Assembly: GCA_973895155.1 (NCBI GenBank)
Contig: OZ316893.1
Location: forward strand, 16,398,645-16,462,644
Length of the DNA stretch: 64,000 nucleotides
Direction: 5' to 3'
Source: Marsupella aquatica
Lineage: Eukaryota > Plantae > Marchantiophyta
The position numbers and the translations under genes were made by a program. Under the pieces are notes generated by a model, which was given only the letters and a program-made list of their open reading frames with translations, was not told the origin of the DNA and made no database searches. Every line of letters begins with the position of its first letter. Within the stretch, counting starts at the first letter, position 1. This document shows, piece after piece, positions 59,451 through 64,000 of the stretch.

Positions 59451-62400
59451 TGTCATGAGGTTTCCATCCTAAAGGAGGAATCCTCATGTTTTGTGAAGGA
59501 AGTTGAAACCAATTTTTGCTTCTAACTTGGGCAAGTTGACTTGACTTGAGCTAACTTGACCAATGTGAAGGAGGAAGTAGAGTTATGAGGGTCAAGGTAG
59601 GGATGAGGTCGAGCCTACCCACCCTTGTTACTATTGTGGGGTATGTTTTTCATTTGTGACCAGCGATTAAGTTATCATTTGGCGGATTGGCGGAATGGAG
59701 ATTGCTTGCTCAACAAGCAAGGTATCTAGGGTTTTGGCGACATGGTGACCAGGTTCATTGAATACATGGAGGAGGTGACCAGGTTCAAGGCATGTAAGAG
59801 GGTTTGGTCCAAGTGCATCAGTTTTGTGAGATATGGGCCAGATTCCTAGTTTTGTGAAATAAGGACTAGATTCATTGAACCTACATTTGTAGGGAGCATC
59901 TTCAATTTGTTTGGGAGCATCTTCAAGATGTTACATCAATCCTTAAGCGTTTGATTGAGGTTGGGATCACCTTGTCAGGAGAAAAGTCAGCCTTTGGACT
60001 TCGTGAGATCATAGTGGTTGGGCAGCGGTGTGGACCTTATGGGCGGTTGCCTAACCAGGCTAAAGTTGATACCATCCGAGAGATGAGAGCATGTGAGAGT
60101 GTGAGTGAGGTGAGGAGATTTTTAGGAGCATGTGTGTTTTACCGTGTGTGGATCCCTCATTTTTCCCACATAGCGGATCCATTGTATGGGCTACTTAGAA
60201 AGAAAGTGAGGTTTCGATGGAGTGATGAGTGTGAGAGAGCTATGGCAAAGCTCAAGGAGTCGTTGATGAGTCCACCAGTTTTGAGACCACCAGACTATGC
60301 TTGTGGGAGGCCAATTGTTCTTATTGTTGACTCTAGTCCTTTGGCAGCAGGCTGGGTACTTGGCCAAGAAGATGGAGATGGCCAGATGTTTGCTACTAGG
60401 TTTGGTGCCAAGATATTCAATGAGAGGCATCGTAGGTATCCACAGGTCAAGAGAGAGTTATGGGGAGCAAAATGTGCCCTCAAACAAGAGAAGGATTATT
60501 TGATAGGAGCACATGTAGTTTTGCAAACTGATTGCCTTCCTTTGCTCGGTATGATTGCTAATTGTGATACCCCTAATATCGCCATGCTCAGATGGATTGC
60601 TTTCATTTGCATGTTCAATCCTGAATTAGAGCATATTTTGGGTAAGAACAATCCAGTAGCAGACATGCTTTCGAGAGCTAGGTTTGAGGAGTGTGAGTCA
60701 TGTGTAAATGTAGATAGGTGTGTGTGTGTTGCAAGTCATAAAAGGAAGGAGAAATTTCAGAGTGAGTTTGAGTTGTTGGAGTTCAAGGAGGAGTTGTATT
60801 CCACAGATTTTGCAGTGATTGGAGAGTACCTTAGCACTTTGAAAAAGAAAAATGAGTGGAGTAGAGAGGAGTTTGAGAGAATTAGGAAGAAAGCCTATGG
60901 TTTTTTTCTTAGAGATGGATACTTGTGGAAGAGACCAAAGAAGCGGGGACACTTACCCTTGAGGGTAGTCGATGATGATGATACACGGCGGAAGGTTTTG
61001 CAGGAGTGCCATGACTTTGAGGCTTCTGGCCACAAAGGGGTTCGAGCTACCTATGAGCGGATTCAACAATTCTATTGGTGGCCTCGAATCTATGTAGATG
61101 TTAGGACTTATGTTGAGAGTTGTGAGGTGTGTCAATTTTACTCAAAGGTCAAGCATAGGGATGGTCTTAGTCCCACTCATCCATTGTCTTTGCATTTCCA
61201 GTGGGTGCTAGATATTGTTCATATGCCAAGAGGGGTTAGAGGAGCTAGGAATTTGGTGCTTGCCAGAGAGGATTTGTTATCTTATGTTGAGGGTAGAGCT
61301 CTTGCTTCTAACAAGAGCGAGCCTGTTTGTAGGTTTGTGTTAGAGGATATAATATCCAGGCATGGTTGTTTTTATCAGATGAGGGCAGATAGGGGTGAGT
61401 TAAACTCAGATGAGGCTCGTCAGTTCTTTGCTAAGTACCACATTAAGCTTAAACTGACCACTTCCTACAATCCAGAGGGAAATGGGAAGAGTGAGAGGGG
61501 TCACCCACCTATAGTGAGTGCTTTAGTTAAGTCTTGTAGAGGTCGGGCTTCACTTTGGCCTAACTTTTTGCCACTTGCACTTATGGCAGATAGGATTACA
61601 TGTAGTTCAGTTACTGGTTTTGCACCAGCTGAGTTGGTCTCAGGTCATCTACCTTTGATGCCTATCGAGGAGGCTGTACACAGCTGGAGATCCATTGAGT
61701 GGAAAGATGAGGTTTCAAGAGAGGAACTCCTAGCAAGAAGGATTGAACATTTCAGTTTAACACCAAGTAAGATTGATGAGGCCTTGGAGAAAGTGAAAGA
61801 GGCAAGAGAAGAGAGTAAGGGGAGATTTGATAGGAAGAAGAGACTTAGACCTATCCAGATTCAAGAAGGAGATTGGGTTCTCATTTTGGATGAGAGCTTG
61901 ATAAACCAGCACTCTACTCTTAAAAAGTTTGCCTTGAGGTGGAGTGGACCATTTGTTGTGATGGAAGTAAGGGACAATGCTACATACAGAGTTCGTGAGC
62001 TTGATGGTGTTCCCCATGCCCATCTCTATGCAGGGAAAAGGGTCAAGTTTTTCAAAAGGAGAGATCAATTTGTTGATGACACCTTTTTGGAGGAAGATAC
62101 TAGTGTTGTGCTAGATGATGAGAATGATTTTGAGGGTGATGAAAGTGATTCATCTAACGGTAAAGGTGATAGTGATGATGGAGATTGACATTTGCGGTGT
62201 GGAGCAGGCCAGAGGCTGCTCAGGTTTGGTAAGGGTGGATGTCATGAGGTTTCCATCCTAAAGGAGGAATCCTCATGTTTTGTGAAGGAAGTTGAAACCA
62301 ATTTTTGCTTCTAACTTGGGCAAGTTGACTTGACTTGAGCTAACTTGACCAATGTGAAGGAGGAAGTAGAGTTATGAGGGTCAAGGTAGGGATGAGGTCG

Positions 62401-64000
62401 AGCCTACCCACCCTTGTTACTATTGTGGGGTATGTTTTTCATTTGTGACCAGCGATTAAGTTATCATTTGGCGGATTGGCGGAATGGAAGTTGCTTGCTC
62501 AACAAGCAAGGTATCTAGGGTTTTGGCGACATGGTGACCAGGTTCATTGAATACATGGAGGAGGTGACCAGGTTCAAGGCATGTAAGAGGGTTTGGTCCA
62601 AGTGCATCAGTTTTGTGAGATATGGACCAGATTCCTAGTTTTGTGAAATAAGGACTAGATTCATTGAACCTACATCAACGGTGGATCTTGGTTGAGTCAA
62701 TGGATGAATGGATAGGATTGAGGATGAGGACGTGCCTTAGGGTTTGGAGGAGGTCGAGGTTTTTTCGAAAGTGCGAAGCCTCATTTGGTTACAAAGTTAC
62801 AAAGGATGGTATTTTGGCTCATTTTTGACCCTTAGATCTTTTTGATGGATGATCAAGGGCTGAAAATTGTCGAGGACTTAAACCATAAGTGGAGGGCTTG
62901 TGCCTTGCCCCAGGCCTTCCCACGAGAGTACTAAAGAGGAGAGTTCGAAGGGTGGGCTCTCTCTCACACTGTGATGCTGCTAAAGTGTTGCCGCTTTTGG
63001 CAGTTTTTGAGTCTTTGAGTAAGTTTTGAATAGGTAGGAGCGAACCTCTTGAGGGGAGCTCAAGCATGAGGCATGAGTGAAGGGGGAGCCCTCCTCCTTG
63101 GCCATGGCCTTAGGATTTTGAGGGTAGGAGATGTAGAGGCAATTTTGTGAAGAGATAGATGGAGTAGAAGCTTTGAATGTGAAGAGATTGAGTTTTGTGA
63201 CAATTTTTCTAAGGATTTGGAGAGAGGTTTCGAATGTAGGAGAGGCTGACTCGAAGCCTTAGGAAGGAGGTAGGATGTGAGTAGGAAGTATAAGGAGCTT
63301 GCATGAGAGATTGCCCACAAGATGGCATACTCGAATGTAGGTTTGTTGCTTCAAGTTTTGAGGAGAATGGACTTGTAGGAGATTTTCGAAAGCTTAGAGG
63401 AGATGTGACCTAATCTTGTTGAAGCTTGGGAGTCTTGCATTAGAGATGGCTCACTAAGAAGGCCTACTCTCTTGTAAACTCCTTGACTTGAAGCTTCGAA
63501 AGTAGATTTGGTTGAAAGAAGGAAGTATGAGAGAAGGAGACTAGGGTTTTGAAGCTTGGATAGGCTATGGAGGGATTTTGAATGCTTGGTTGATGATTAG
63601 ACTTGGTGATGATTCATTTTTGCTAGGAGGGTCTTGCTTGTGACCCATGTTTTTACTTGGAGGCCATGATGCTACATGTGCCTTCTTGCTATGCATTTAG
63701 AGGAGAGGTATCCTCGTTTTTGAGATGTGTGTTGATGCCTTGCTTTGGCTATGAGTGATGGAATGGTTAGAATGAATGTCTTCATGCCATTTTCGAATGT
63801 TGTTGTGAGCTTGAAGGTGTTTTTGAAAGTAGATGGGTTGAATGAAGGTACTTTCGAAAGTAGTTATTATGCATGAGGGAAGTTGCAAGAGTAAAGAGTG
63901 AAGGCATTTTCGATTGATGGAATGGGTAATTTGTGGATTATACTTGGTGGTTCTACTAGAGGAAGGGACCAAGGTCAATTCCATGTTTGTTAAGGAGTTT
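59451..64000 (+). mobile_element. Ty3/gypsy element (family Z) inserted in the X 3' LTR; internally deleted; runs off the window
   Basis: Near-identical direct repeats at 59451-59886 and 62240-62675 begin TGTCATGAGG. A purine-rich tract precedes 62240. The second LTR probably continues past 64000. Confidence 0.85.
59906..62188 (+). pseudogene. Family Z pol remnant: RT C-terminus, RNase H, integrase (5'-truncated, open frame)
   Basis: VRRFLGAC, IVDSS, TDCLPL, VADMLSR, H...GHKG...CEVC, RADRGE, GKSERGH and WSGPF. Confidence 0.9.

Overview
This window is a nest of eukaryotic, plant-type LTR retrotransposons. I found no convincing host gene. About 40% of the window is one family ('X') whose LTR is about 4.7 kb long, with TGTGATGC...GCACCACA ends. 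That LTR carries a single sense-strand ORF of about 1,200-1,270 codons: a basic N-terminus, a globular domain resembling plant-transposon/PMD-type domains, a long coiled coil, NLS-like motifs and an acidic tail. X occurs as four solo LTRs with perfect 5-bp TSDs (77-9622, 1545-6367, 20905-25692, 36015-40663), as one older truncated copy (15591-~26135), and as both LTRs of a degenerate full-length non-chromovirus Ty3/gypsy element (5' LTR 33210-42592, tRNA-Asn-type PBS, gag-pol, PPT, 3' LTR from 59269). All three X-into-X insertions are antisense to their host. The gag of the full-length element is interrupted by about 4.2 kb carrying an antisense ~800-codon ORF whose N-terminal domain is visibly homologous to the LTR-borne ORF; this may be a second ORF-bearing giant solo LTR. 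That ORF is itself split by a young Ty1/copia element (46185-52721). Also present: a disrupted Bianca-like copia, a CACTA transposase fragment, a 245-bp MITE with an 8-bp TSD, a 2.75-kb solo LTR, two other gypsy pol remnants, and a spliced-looking unknown region (~28.7-33.2 kb). All calls are by eye; no searches were run.
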